Source: Octopus vulgaris
Lineage: Eukaryota
DNA length: 64,000 nucleotides
Assembly: GCA_951406725.2 (NCBI GenBank)
Contig: OX597836.1
Location: 32,364,001-32,428,000, forward strand
Reading direction: 5' to 3'
A program made the position numbers and the translations under genes. Below are positions 63,567 to 64,000 of the stretch, piece by piece; the first letter of the stretch is position 1; each line of letters starts with the position of its first letter. The notes under the pieces are model-generated. The model was not told the origin of the DNA. It searched no databases and saw only the letters and a program-made list of their open reading frames with translations.

Positions 63567-63790
63567 ATCTGTGTGTGTGTTTCTGTGTCTTTGTTTGTCC
63601 CTACCACCATCGCTTGACAACCGATGCTGGTGTGTTTATGTCCCTGTAACTTAGCGGTTCAGCAAAAGAGACCGATAGAATAAGTACTGAGCTTACAAAG
63701 AATAAGTCCTGGAGTCGATTTGCTCAACTAAAGGCGGTGCTCCAGCATGGCCACAGTCAAATGACTGAAACAATTAAAAGAGTAAAAGAG
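63350..63790 (+). mobile_element. Family A tRNA-derived SINE, full length (reference copy)
   Basis: A box tggctgtgtggt, B box ggttcagtcc, central accttgggcaagtgtcttc, internal (TA)n(TG)n, tail (gtaaaaga)n. Confidence 0.92.
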
Positions 63791-64000
63791 AGAGAGTGCA
63801 TGTAAGCCAAAGAGAATGAGAGAAAAAAGTTGTGATAGAAGGAAAGGAAATTGTCAACAATGATATTTAAAACATAAAATTCACAATGTGAGTCATGTCT
63901 TTATAATATTTATCAAGTAAACTTTAAGGCAAACACAAACATTTCTCCAATGTACCTTTAATCCATTTCTCCAATGTACCTTTAATCCTTTTACTGTGGA

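Noticed and set aside
63941-63988. 24-bp direct duplication (similar short ones at 19006-19036 and 49721-49800)
   Set aside because: These are ordinary slippage-type micro-duplications with no further structure.

Overview
This is AT-rich, microsatellite-saturated, non-coding eukaryotic DNA, either intronic or intergenic. The repeat families and the (TA)n/(CA)n/(ATC)n/(AAT)n density suggest an octopus or other coleoid cephalopod; that is an inference and no database search was run. No intact host protein-coding exon, rRNA, true tRNA or CRISPR array could be supported, and nearly all listed ORFs are translations of microsatellites or SINEs. The window is a mosaic of at least seven dispersed SINE-like families (my labels A-G), Tc1/mariner/pogo and hAT DNA transposon relics and MITEs, an RTE LINE fragment, and short palindromic inserts embedded in (TA)n. 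The most notable observations are: (1) a ~0.7-0.9 kb inverted duplication ~10 kb apart (22361-23280 vs 32965-33672) whose flanks have diverged but whose 160-bp non-coding core is 158/160 identical and rich in Hox/Pbx/Meis-type motifs; (2) several minimal type-I hammerhead ribozyme motifs, including core variants such as a G3:C8 swap, inside tail-to-tail palindromes typical of Penelope-like elements; (3) a near full-length decayed DD36E (Incomer-type) Tc1 element; (4) a composite hAT-MITE dimer with nested insertions bounded by one 8-bp TSD. Repeat boundaries were read by eye and are approximate unless a TIR or TSD is quoted.
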